Positions 55,352 to 64,000 of a stretch of 64,000 nucleotides of DNA are shown in pieces (within the stretch, counting starts at the first letter, position 1; every line of letters starts with the position of its first letter). The notes below the pieces were generated by a model, which was not told the DNA's origin, made no database searches, and saw only the letters and a program-made list of their open reading frames with translations. Position numbers and translations under genes: made by a program. The stretch comes from a virus (taxonomy: Duplodnaviria > Caudoviricetes): the IMG/VR virus record IMGVR_UViG_3300032220_000132, positions 207-64,206 of that record. The stretch is one strand, 5' to 3'.

Positions 55352-55395
55352 TATTTTCTCCTAGTAGTCGAATCGGTGTTTAAGCACCTACCGAC

Positions 55396-55424
55396 AGTTT
55401 TACAAAGTAGCAATACCATGTCAA
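55396..55424 (-). promoter_or_regulatory. Sigma70 promoter of leftward early operon
   Basis: TTGACA at 55424-55419, -10 region tgTAAAACT, AT-rich upstream element. Confidence 0.6.
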
Positions 55425-55636
55425 TACCTTTTTGAAAATATTTTTAGGGCTTACTGGATAAGGGTTTGCGGGGCATGGAGTCTGGGCAAATAGACCTAAA
55501 AGCGGGCAAAGGTGCGAAGCACAACAGTCCAGTAGCAAAGACACTAGAGAGAGATATAGGAGAGATAGAAGATAGTAGTAGCAGAATCATCCTGATTGCC
55601 CTAGAATCAGGCTATGACGATTCTCAAGAGATACCT

Positions 55637-56437
55637 ATGAAAAGGCTAACAAGGAAAGAGATAGAGCAAGGCTTACAGGCTATGCCAGTGGATACTCTTT
55701 TACTGGGGGTTAGCACTGCCAAAGAAAAGCGATTAACCCACAAACAAATCGAATTTGCCAAGCAGGTAGCACTGGGAGAAAGCAAGGCAGGGGCTTATCG
55801 GAAGTCGCATAACAGTAAGGGAAAGCCAAGCACACAGAGCAAGAATGGGCAGGCTCTCGCAAAAAACAAGGCTATCCAAACCCAAATAGATGCGTTTAAG
55901 GTGGCACTTGAGGCACAGAAATATCAAACTCCTGCTCATTTAAGGGCATTGGCAATCCATCGGATCACTGAAAAGGCTCTCGATCCTGCTTGCCCGCCTG
56001 CTCAGCAACTCAAGGCACTGGAACTATTGGGGAAGATAACCGAGGTCGCACTCTTTACCGAGAGACGAGAGGTAATTAAGGTCAGTGATCCCAGTGAGAT
56101 GCGGGAGAAACTCATGGCGAGTATCAGACTGGCAATCGAGAACAGTCAGGCAATCGACATTGAGGCACGATCCGCAGACGATCTACTGGCAGAACTCGTG
56201 GGAACTAACAATCAAGATGATGATGTGGCGGGAAATGATGCAGAACTAGATGATGTGGATGCAGAGACATCCTTAAAAGAGGTGGCAGACCCTTCGCAAA
56301 AGGCAGATCTCGAAGACCCACAGACCCCCGACAGCCAAATTTTGGCATTGGCTCGTGAGCCAGACTTGCATAGTATTCCACACAATGAATCCCCTCCTAA
56401 ATCCACTGAACCTAGGGAAAACCCTGCCTCACTATAA
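55637..56437 (+). CDS. terS: Terminase small subunit
   Basis: LTHKQIEFAKQVALGESKAGAYRK HTH; QLKALELLGK; upstream of TerL; start reassigned to ATG 55637. Confidence 0.7.
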   Translation: MKRLTRKEIEQGLQAMPVDTLLLGVSTAKEKRLTHKQIEFAKQVALGESKAGAYRKSHNSKGKPSTQSKNGQALAKNKAIQTQIDAFKVALEAQKYQTPAHLRALAIHRITEKALDPACPPAQQLKALELLGKITEVALFTERREVIKVSDPSEMREKLMASIRLAIENSQAIDIEARSADDLLAELVGTNNQDDDVAGNDAELDDVDAETSLKEVADPSQKADLEDPQTPDSQILALAREPDLHSIPHNESPPKSTEPRENPASL

Positions 56438-56467
56438 CAGCTGTTATAGTGACACAGGGTAAACCCT
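56414..56467. repeat. 24-bp perfect palindrome flanked by two AGGGWAAACCCT boxes
   Basis: tcactataacagctgttatagtga 56429-56452; boxes at 56414-56425 and 56456-56467. Confidence 0.8.
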
Positions 56468-56502
56468 AACTCTTATACAAGACCCCCCACCCCCTCATAA
56501 AT

Positions 56503-56691
56503 ATGTCAGACGATAAAAAAATTGTTCCACGTGAAACACCCCCCGTCAGTGATTTGGGTCCCATCCTAACGCTAGACCCAGATGTATTAGAAGATCGGCT
56601 AAAGAGGTTAAGTGTCAAAGACCAAAAGAAATTATTGGATATGATTAATAAATATCAGGCAGTAATGTTAAGTAAGGACTCACAACCATGA
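56503..56691 (+). CDS. Hypothetical protein
   Basis: ORF coupled to next gene; weak SD. Confidence 0.45.
   Translation: MSDDKKIVPRETPPVSDLGPILTLDPDVLEDRLKRLSVKDQKKLLDMINKYQAVMLSKDSQP
56523..56538. promoter_or_regulatory. parS: Canonical parS centromere site
   Basis: tgttccacgtgaaaca = TGTTNCACGTGAAACA consensus. Confidence 0.8.
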
Positions 56692-56870
56692 ACGCACCAA
56701 AAATTACGGCAGTACAAAAAGAACAGCTCGTCTTGGATTATTTGGAAGAGTTATTACATAAAGACAAGGGTCGGTTGTTACGGATGATGAGTTATTTGAA
56801 AGAAAGAATATTGGAAGAGGAAGCAATGGCACGGGCTCAAGATGTCATTGAACGTGTCAAACATGGGTAG
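56688..56870 (+). CDS. Hypothetical protein
   Basis: SD aagga, ATGA overlap. Confidence 0.55.
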   Translation: MNAPKITAVQKEQLVLDYLEELLHKDKGRLLRMMSYLKERILEEEAMARAQDVIERVKHG

Positions 56871-57111
56871 AAAAAAGGAGAGAGAATTGACTCCCGCACA
56901 AAAAGAGATCTTCTTGGTCATAGACGAGTTTTGGAAGAAGTATGGATTTGCTCCGAGTATTGAGGATGTGATGTATATCACTGGCGAAAAGGGGCGGGGT
57001 AATGTGAGTAGGAAGATGTGGCGCTTAGTCGAGCTTGGGATCTGTAAAGGGATTAAAGGAAAAATGAGGAGTATTCGTCCTTCATACATAAAGGTAAGAC
57101 ACATTGAGTGA
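56863..57111 (+). CDS. LexA-like winged-helix DNA-binding protein (no peptidase domain)
   Basis: LTPAQKEIF..IDEFWKKYGFAPSIEDV...LVELG....RSIR. Confidence 0.75.
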   Translation: MGRKKERELTPAQKEIFLVIDEFWKKYGFAPSIEDVMYITGEKGRGNVSRKMWRLVELGICKGIKGKMRSIRPSYIKVRHIE

Positions 57112-58603
57112 TCAATTACAACGGTTTTTAGAGAGCCTTCCAGAAGGTGATCGGGAGAACCTGTTTGCCATGGCTGAGGATTATAAGAACTCGGTCATTC
57201 GGAAAACGGCTGAAAAGTCGTTTATGGCGTTTGTTAAACAGATGTGGCCTGGGTTTATATTGGGTAGACACCACGCTTTGATGGCTAAAAAATTTGAGGA
57301 GATTGCCGATGGTAAAGTTAGACGCCTTATTATTAATATGCCTCCTCGTCATACTAAATCTGAGTTTGCGTCATATCTTCTCCCTGCATGGTTTCTAGGC
57401 AGATATCCGCATAAGAAAGTTATTCAGTGTTCCAATACTGCCGAACTAGCGGTAGGCTTTGGACGTAAAGTTAGAAACTTAGTCGATGGAGAAGCCTATG
57501 CCAAGATATTCCCAAATGTCGCTTTGCGAACTGATTCCAAGGCTGCTGGTCGTTGGGCTACTAACGCCAACGGTGATTATTTTGCTATTGGTGTGGGCGG
57601 TACCGTTACTGGTAAAGGAGCAGATTTGCTCATTATTGATGACCCCCACTCGGAACAAGAGGCAGCTTTAGCCGCCTCCGATCCAAGTGTCTACGACAAA
57701 GTCCATGAATGGTTTACCTCTGGTCCACGTCAGCGTCTCCAACCTGGAGGCTCAATCGTGATCGTGATGACCCGCTGGGGTAAACGAGATTTGACTGGCA
57801 GAGTCCTCCAGTCCATGATCGAGCGTGACGGAGATGAATGGGAAGTCATTAATCTCCCAGCGATCATGCCCACGGGAAAACCGTTATGGCCTGAGTTCTG
57901 GTCGTTAGACGAATTAGAAAAACTAAGAAACGAACTCCCGATCTCCAAATGGTCAGCCCAGTACCAACAAGATCCGTCAGCTGAGGAAGGCGCCCTAGTT
58001 AAACGAGAATGGTGGCAAGTCTGGGAAAAGGATAATCCTCCGATTTGTGACTTTATTATTCAGTCTTGGGATACCGCCTTTACGAAAAATGAACGCTCAG
58101 ACTATTCCGCATGCACGACTTGGGGTGTCTTTCGTAAAGACGAAGACCCCAGTGACGTGCATATCATTCTCTTAGACGCCCTAAAAGAACGGTTAGAGTT
58201 CCCCGAATTAAAGATCCGAGCCATGGAAATGTATAAGGAATGGGAGCCAGATGCGTTTATAGTAGAGGCTAAGGCTTCGGGTGCTCCGTTAGTTTTTGAG
58301 CTACGAAGAATGGGTATCCCTGTACAAGAATTTACGCCAACCCGTGGTAATGACAAGATCACCCGTGTAAACTCTGTAGCAGACATCTTTGCATCAGGAA
58401 AAGTATGGGCGCCAAGAAAGCGCTGGGCTGAGGAAGTGATAGAAGAAATGGCAGCATTTCCCAATTCAGACCATGACGACTTGGTAGACTCCGCAACACA
58501 AGCGTTGATACGATTTAGAAAAGGCGGTTTTATCCGATTACAAACAGACGAGGAAGACGAGATTAAGTACTTCAAGTCTAAGCGAGCAGTCAGTTATTAC
58601 TAA
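57104..58603 (+). CDS. terL: Terminase large subunit
   Basis: MPPRHTKS, LLIIDDP, YQQDP, SWDTA, IVEAKASG, HDDLVD. Confidence 0.95.
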   Translation: MSDQLQRFLESLPEGDRENLFAMAEDYKNSVIRKTAEKSFMAFVKQMWPGFILGRHHALMAKKFEEIADGKVRRLIINMPPRHTKSEFASYLLPAWFLGRYPHKKVIQCSNTAELAVGFGRKVRNLVDGEAYAKIFPNVALRTDSKAAGRWATNANGDYFAIGVGGTVTGKGADLLIIDDPHSEQEAALAASDPSVYDKVHEWFTSGPRQRLQPGGSIVIVMTRWGKRDLTGRVLQSMIERDGDEWEVINLPAIMPTGKPLWPEFWSLDELEKLRNELPISKWSAQYQQDPSAEEGALVKREWWQVWEKDNPPICDFIIQSWDTAFTKNERSDYSACTTWGVFRKDEDPSDVHIILLDALKERLEFPELKIRAMEMYKEWEPDAFIVEAKASGAPLVFELRRMGIPVQEFTPTRGNDKITRVNSVADIFASGKVWAPRKRWAEEVIEEMAAFPNSDHDDLVDSATQALIRFRKGGFIRLQTDEEDEIKYFKSKRAVSYY

Positions 58604-58611
58604 GGAACGAT

Positions 58612-61041
58612 ATGTCTATTGAAAAATCACTCTATGAATTACCTAAAGGTCTTGAAGCAGCTGTGCAAGAACCAATTGAAATCGAAATCGAAGATCCAGA
58701 ATCCGTCAAGATTGGTATCGATGGCTTAGAGATTGAGATCGAACCAAAAGAGGAAAGCGCAGACGACTTTGACGCTAACCTTGCCGAATACCTTAGTGAC
58801 GGTGAATTAAATGAAATCGCTGGCGACTTATTAGGAGATGTTGACTCCGATATTGGCGCCCGTAAGGAATGGATGCAGACCTATACAGACGGCATCGAGC
58901 TTTTGGGAATGAAGATCGAGGAACGCACCGAACCTTGGGAAGGCGCCTGTGGTGTCTATCACCCCCTTCTCTCCGAAGCCCTTGTTAAGTTCCAAGCCGA
59001 AACCGTAATGGAGACCTTGCCTCCAGCTGGACCCGTAAAGACTGTGATTATCGGTAAAGAAACTGCTGAGAAAATGGCAGCTGCTGATCGTGTTCAAAAG
59101 GACATGAACTACCAGATCACCGAAGAAATGCCTGAATACCGCCCAGAGCACGAGAGAATGTGCTGGGGACTAGGACTCTCAGGTAATGCCTTTAAGAAAG
59201 TCTACTTTGATCCATCCTTAGATCGGCAAGTGTCCTTATTTGTTCCCGCAGAAGACTTGATCGTTCCCTATGGCGCATCTGATCTACAGACCGCAGAGCG
59301 TGTCACCCACGTCATGCGTAAGACCGAGAATGAATTACGTAAACTTCAGGTAGCAGGATTTTATAAAGACGTAGACCTAGGCACTCCTAGCACCGCCTTT
59401 GATGAGGTAGAAAAAAAGATTGCCCAGAAAATGGGCTTTCAGGCTACCTCAGATGACCGCTATAAGATCCTTGAAATCCAAGTTAACTTAGATATTGAAG
59501 GGTTTGAAGACAAAGATAAAGACGGCAAACCCACAGGAATCGCCTTACCTTATATTGTGACCATTGAAAAGGGAACGCAACAGGTATTAGCGATCCGTAG
59601 AAATTGGAGACCCGAAGATGAAACTAAGCAAAAACGTCAACATTTCGTCCATTATGGCTATGTTCCAGGCTTTGGCTTTTATTGTTTTGGGCTTATTCAC
59701 CTTGTCGGTGCTTTTGCTAAGTCTGGTACTAGTCTTATTCGGCAGCTCGTGGATGCTGGAACCCTCTCGAACTTGCCAGGTGGCTTTAAGACCCGTGGCA
59801 TGCGAGTCAAAGGTGACGACACCCCGATCTCCCCAGGAGAGTTTAGGGACGTGGACGTTCCTTCTGGGGCGCTAAAAGATAACATCCTCCCACTTCCATA
59901 CAAAGAACCCAGCCAAGTTTTATATACCTTACTAGGTACTATCGTAGAAGAAGGAAGACGCTTTGCCTCGGCATCCGATATGAAGATTGCCGATATGTCA
60001 GCCAATACTCCAGTAGGCACTACTCTGGCGATCCTAGAGCGCACTCTTAAAGTCATGTCGGCAGTCCAAGCCCGTGTTCATTACTCAATGAAACAAGAGC
60101 TCAAACTCCTAAAAGACATCATCCGTGACTACACGCCTGACGAATACAGCTACCAACCTGATATTGGCAACCGCTTTGCTAAGCAGTCGGACTACGATAA
60201 CTGCGATGTAATCCCAGTATCCGATCCAAATGCAGCGACCATGAGTCAGAAGGTTGTTCAGTATCAAGCCGTATTGCAATTAGCTCAACAGGCTCCACAG
60301 CTCTATGACTTAGGACAGCTGCACCGCCAGATGTTAGAAGTCTTGGGGATTAAGAACGCTAAGAAGCTGGTCAAGATTGAAGACGACCAGATGCCAGAAG
60401 ACCCGATTACAGAGAACATGAACATCCTAAACATGAAGCCTGTGAAGGCGTTTATGTATCAGGACCATCAGGCACACATTACGATTCATATGAATGCCAT
60501 GAAAGACCCCAAGATTGCCGCATTAATGGGTCAAAACCCACAGGCTCAAGCAATTGCCTCGGCTGCAATGGCACATATTCAACAGCATTTAGCCTTTGAA
60601 TATAAGAAACAAATGCAAGAAATGATGGGAATGCCTCTGCCAACAGGCGAAGAGGACGAAGCAATCCCACGAGATTTGGAAGTTCAGATCTCACAAATGG
60701 CGGTCGATGCTTCCAATGCCTTGTTACAGCGAAATCAGACCGAAATCGCTGCCCAACAAGCGCAACAGGCAGCCCAAGACCCAGTAATTCAAATGCAAGC
60801 GAAGGAACTCGAACTCAAACAGGCCGAGGAACAACGCAAAGCATTGAAAGACCAAGCCGATGCAGCAGAAGCAGCTGCTCGCTTGGAAGTAGAAAGAGAA
60901 AGAATTGCCTCTCAAGAACGTATTGCTGGCGCTCAGCTTCTGGCAAAAACAGAAAAAGACGCTATGGAAGTCGAAATCAAGAGAATGCAAGAACTTTCCA
61001 AGATGCAACAACTAACTAAACCTCAAACAGGGAAAAGATAG
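58612..61041 (+). CDS. Portal protein
   Basis: 809 aa after TerL; HPLLSEALVKFQA, GNAFKKVYFD, RQLVDAGTLSNLP; coiled-coil C-terminus (P22-like). Confidence 0.9.
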   Translation: MSIEKSLYELPKGLEAAVQEPIEIEIEDPESVKIGIDGLEIEIEPKEESADDFDANLAEYLSDGELNEIAGDLLGDVDSDIGARKEWMQTYTDGIELLGMKIEERTEPWEGACGVYHPLLSEALVKFQAETVMETLPPAGPVKTVIIGKETAEKMAAADRVQKDMNYQITEEMPEYRPEHERMCWGLGLSGNAFKKVYFDPSLDRQVSLFVPAEDLIVPYGASDLQTAERVTHVMRKTENELRKLQVAGFYKDVDLGTPSTAFDEVEKKIAQKMGFQATSDDRYKILEIQVNLDIEGFEDKDKDGKPTGIALPYIVTIEKGTQQVLAIRRNWRPEDETKQKRQHFVHYGYVPGFGFYCFGLIHLVGAFAKSGTSLIRQLVDAGTLSNLPGGFKTRGMRVKGDDTPISPGEFRDVDVPSGALKDNILPLPYKEPSQVLYTLLGTIVEEGRRFASASDMKIADMSANTPVGTTLAILERTLKVMSAVQARVHYSMKQELKLLKDIIRDYTPDEYSYQPDIGNRFAKQSDYDNCDVIPVSDPNAATMSQKVVQYQAVLQLAQQAPQLYDLGQLHRQMLEVLGIKNAKKLVKIEDDQMPEDPITENMNILNMKPVKAFMYQDHQAHITIHMNAMKDPKIAALMGQNPQAQAIASAAMAHIQQHLAFEYKKQMQEMMGMPLPTGEEDEAIPRDLEVQISQMAVDASNALLQRNQTEIAAQQAQQAAQDPVIQMQAKELELKQAEEQRKALKDQADAAEAAARLEVERERIASQERIAGAQLLAKTEKDAMEVEIKRMQELSKMQQLTKPQTGKR

Positions 61042-61232
61042 TGGATAAAAACTTGGATTACCTCTTAAATGAGTACCGTGACCGCATAAATATGCTCCAA
61101 AACGCTATTTCTGCGGGAAATTGTGCAAATTACGAGGAGTATAAGTACGCTTGTGGACAAATACGAGGTCTTGAGTCCGCTTGTTTAGGAATAACAGACC
61201 TCAAACAACGAATGGAGAAATCTAATGACTGA
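61041..61232 (+). CDS. Hypothetical protein
   Basis: YEEYKYACGQIRGL motif. Confidence 0.65.
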   Translation: MDKNLDYLLNEYRDRINMLQNAISAGNCANYEEYKYACGQIRGLESACLGITDLKQRMEKSND

Positions 61233-61635
61233 AATACTAATCGGCTCAAATCCCGATGACGTATCCGCAGTAACAACTCTGCCTCAAACAGCAGAGGAAA
61301 AAGCAAAACAACTACCCGAACCCTCTGGATATCGCATTTTGTGCGCTATTCCAGATGTTGATGAGACTTACGAAAGCGGCATCCTCAAATCGGATACCAC
61401 ACTGCGTCACGAAGAAGTCCTATCAACGGTGTTTTTTGTTGTCAAAATGGGTCCTGATTGTTACAAGGACGCAAGCCGTTTCCCTACTGGGCCATGGTGC
61501 AAAGTTGGTGACTTTATCCTAGCCAGACCAAACTCTGGCACACGATTAAAGATCCACGGACGTGAATTTAGGATCATCAATGACGATTCTGTAGAAGGAA
61601 TAGTCGAAGATCCTCGTGGCATAACCAGACCTTAA
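61225..61635 (+). CDS. GroES-like co-chaperonin
   Basis: LPEPSGYRIL...SGIL...MGPDCY...PWCKVGD...FRIINDD. Confidence 0.8.
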   Translation: MTEILIGSNPDDVSAVTTLPQTAEEKAKQLPEPSGYRILCAIPDVDETYESGILKSDTTLRHEEVLSTVFFVVKMGPDCYKDASRFPTGPWCKVGDFILARPNSGTRLKIHGREFRIINDDSVEGIVEDPRGITRP

Positions 61636-61645
61636 GGAGAAAATC

Positions 61646-62605
61646 ATGCCTGAATTAGAATTGGAAGAATTTAAGTTTCCTGATGAAAAGAAGGAAGAAG
61701 AAGAGCTTGAAATAGTCATCGAAGACGATACCCCAGAGGAAGACCGTGTTAATGCAACACCAATGCCTAAAGATATCGTTGAAGAACTTGATACCGATGA
61801 CCTAGAAGCCTTTACTGGCAAAGCTAAGGAAAAACTCTTACAGCTTAAGAAGGTTTGGAACGATGAACGCAGAGCAAGGGAAGACTCGACTAAAGAAGCA
61901 AAAGAGGCTGCCCGTGTAGCACAGCAATTGCTTGCGGAAAATCAAAAACTAAAGACCAAATTAAGCGCTGGCGAGCAAACCTTGCACACCAAGTACAAGG
62001 AAAACATAGCCCATGAATTAGAAAAGGCTAAGTCAGAATACAAGAACGCATATGACTCTGGCGATTCAGATCGTCTTGTAGAAGCTCAAGAAAAACTCAC
62101 CAAAGTACAGCTCGAATCCCAACAGGTGGAGCAGTACAAACCAGAATTTGCAGAAGACACTTTACAAAATGAAGAAACTCCTGTACAAATACAACAACAA
62201 CCTCAAAGATTGGACTCAAAAACCCAATCTTGGCTGGACAAAAACCAGTGGTACGGGGTTGATGAAGACATGAGCTACCTAGCGATGGGTGTTCATAGAC
62301 GCTTGGAAAGAGAAGGAGTTCCGATAGGATCTGACCACTATTTCAAGGTCATTGACACAGAAATGCGTCAAAGATTCCCAGAGAAATTTGGGGTCGCAGA
62401 AGAGACCAAATACTCTTCGGAGACGGAGGCCAAAACCTCTGTGAAAACTAGTAAACCGAGCACGGTAGTTGCGCCAGCGACTAGGTCTACCTCTCCAAAA
62501 AGAGTCAAACTTACGCCAACGCAAGTACAACTGGCTAAGAAATTTAATCTAACACCAGAGCAATACGCTCGTGAACTTACTAAACTGGAGTCCCAAAATG
62601 GCTGA
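61646..62605 (+). CDS. Capsid scaffolding protein
   Basis: Acidic coiled coil; WLDKNQWYG; VKLTPTQVQLAKKF. Confidence 0.7.
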   Translation: MPELELEEFKFPDEKKEEEELEIVIEDDTPEEDRVNATPMPKDIVEELDTDDLEAFTGKAKEKLLQLKKVWNDERRAREDSTKEAKEAARVAQQLLAENQKLKTKLSAGEQTLHTKYKENIAHELEKAKSEYKNAYDSGDSDRLVEAQEKLTKVQLESQQVEQYKPEFAEDTLQNEETPVQIQQQPQRLDSKTQSWLDKNQWYGVDEDMSYLAMGVHRRLEREGVPIGSDHYFKVIDTEMRQRFPEKFGVAEETKYSSETEAKTSVKTSKPSTVVAPATRSTSPKRVKLTPTQVQLAKKFNLTPEQYARELTKLESQNG

Positions 62606-63044
62606 AAACAGAAAACCTCGTGAAGTAGAAACCCGTCAACAAGACATGCGTCCCCAGCAGTGGAAACCGCCTGAATTGTTGCCAGAACCAGACAAGCAAG
62701 CAGGATTTGCTTACCGCTGGATCAGAACTTCTACTTTAGGTACTGCGGACCCCCGCAATCTCTCTGCCAAACTCAGAGAAGGATGGGAACCTGTACGAAT
62801 AGAGGAGCAACCGAAGTTCCAACTGCTAGTTGATCCCAATAGTCGTTTTAAGGACAACATTGAGATTGGCGGTTTATTGTTATGCAAAACTCCAGATGAG
62901 TTTGTTGGACAACGTAATCAACATTACCGAATCCAAGCAGAAAGTCAGATGGACGCTGTAGACAATAATCTTATGCGCCAGAATGACCCAAGGATGCCTC
63001 TCTTTAATGAGAAAAAATCCACGGTGACTTTTGGAAAAGGTTAA
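62598..63044 (+). CDS. Conserved head-associated protein
   Basis: YRWIR...KLREGWEPV...IGGLLLCK. Confidence 0.7.
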   Translation: MAENRKPREVETRQQDMRPQQWKPPELLPEPDKQAGFAYRWIRTSTLGTADPRNLSAKLREGWEPVRIEEQPKFQLLVDPNSRFKDNIEIGGLLLCKTPDEFVGQRNQHYRIQAESQMDAVDNNLMRQNDPRMPLFNEKKSTVTFGKG

Positions 63045-63066
63045 TTTTTTAATTTAGGAGTTTTAA

Positions 63067-63681
63067 ATGGCTTATCCTACCGTAGACGGACCCTATGGGT
63101 TCAGACCGATCAATTTGATCGGTGGTCAGGTATTTGCTGGTCAAACTCGTTCAATTCCCATCGCTTCAGGTTCTACAACCGCCATTTTCTTTGGTGACGT
63201 TGTACGTCTGAACACAGGTGGTACTTTGAGCCGTGTTTCAACCACAACTACTGCAACCGATGCTGTTGGTATTTTCATGGGCTGTCAGTTCACAAACCCA
63301 ACTACCAAACAGTTGTTACAACAACAGTTCTATCCAGGCGCTATTACCGCTTCGGATATTACTGCGTTCGTAGCTGATGATCCAGATGGCCTCTTCAAAG
63401 TGGCTGTATTGTCGAACAGCACCACCATTGGTGGCTTAACTCAGACTGACGTTGGCAACAACGTATCAATTCTGACTACCGCTGGTTCAACAACTTCTGG
63501 CGACTCAAATATGGGTGTTTTAAACAGCACCAGCGATTCAACAACCACTCTTCCATTCCGTATTATTGCGGGTGTGCCAGAGACTGTTAATGCGTCTGGA
63601 TCTTTCACTGAGGTTATCGTTAAATTTAACTTTGGCGTACATACCTATTACAGTGCAACCCCTGTTGCAACTGCAGCTTAA
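63067..63681 (+). CDS. Capsid cement/decoration protein
   Basis: PYGFRPI...IFFGDVV...GIFMGC...DDP; precedes capsid gene. Confidence 0.7.
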   Translation: MAYPTVDGPYGFRPINLIGGQVFAGQTRSIPIASGSTTAIFFGDVVRLNTGGTLSRVSTTTTATDAVGIFMGCQFTNPTTKQLLQQQFYPGAITASDITAFVADDPDGLFKVAVLSNSTTIGGLTQTDVGNNVSILTTAGSTTSGDSNMGVLNSTSDSTTTLPFRIIAGVPETVNASGSFTEVIVKFNFGVHTYYSATPVATAA

Positions 63682-63692
63682 GGAGCAATTAA

Positions 63693-64000
63693 ATGGCTAT
63701 TTCTCGTGCCCAACTACTTAAAGAGTTGCTCCCTGGATTAAACGCATTGTTTGGTCTTGAGTACGCAACATATGGTGAACAACACAAAGAGATCTACGAA
63801 ACTGAGACCTCTGAGCGTTCGTTTGAAGAAGAAACAAAACTGTCAGGCTTCTCCGCTGCACCAGTCAAAAACGAAGGCTCTGCCATCGCTTATGACAATG
63901 CACAAGAGGCATTCACAGCACGTTATAACCACGAAACCATTGCTCTCGGCTTCTCCCTAACGGAAGAGGCAATCGAGGACAACTTGTATGACAGCTTATC
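63693..64000 (+). CDS. Major capsid protein, N-terminal part (3'-truncated)
   Basis: SD aaggag; MAISRAQLLKELLPGLNALFGLEY...SERSFEEE...TEEAIEDNLYD. Confidence 0.9.
   Translation, partial: MAISRAQLLKELLPGLNALFGLEYATYGEQHKEIYETETSERSFEEETKLSGFSAAPVKNEGSAIAYDNAQEAFTARYNHETIALGFSLTEEAIEDNLYDSL

Noticed and set aside
55466-55636. N-terminal extension of terS
   Set aside because: TTG start in the divergent promoter region without an RBS; the TerS-like sequence begins after ATG 55637.
56413-56468. Protelomerase (N15 telRL-like) target
   Set aside because: Similar size and symmetry, but no protelomerase or tyrosine-recombinase gene was recognised; kept only as an unexplained palindrome.

Overview
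The window is almost the entire (~64.1 kb) genome of a tailed dsDNA phage, opened inside the major capsid gene (C-terminal half at 3-524, N-terminal half at 63693-64000). The layout is podovirus-like. A + strand morphogenesis arm carries TerS, TerL, portal, GroES-like protein, scaffold, capsid, adaptors, a Gly-rich/LamG/SPRY tail fibre, lysis genes, ejection proteins and a 4550-aa polyvalent protein with methyltransferase and strawberry-notch helicase domains. A + strand recombination/replication arm carries an exonuclease, ERF, a ParB-like protein, SF2 helicase, HNH and primase. A - strand cluster of small early genes spans 49.8-55.4 kb. I saw no integrase, DNA polymerase, RT, tRNA or CRISPR. 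The main unexplained signal is a coherent RNA-level control layer. Early-gene leaders share the motif AACUGCUAGGAG. These leaders are preceded by a canonical type I hammerhead ribozyme (53113-53218, -) or by two homologous RNase III-like hairpins. A promoter- and terminator-bounded small RNA (44589-44712) displays the exact antisense CUCCUAGCAG in a loop. Other highlights are a canonical parS site, a pair of related palindromes bracketing the early region, a gene nested out of frame inside the giant protein, a chained-pseudoknot leader after the capsid gene, tag-sharing small-protein arrays and an unannotated secreted Cys-rich peptide. Family names come from recalled motifs, not from database searches.
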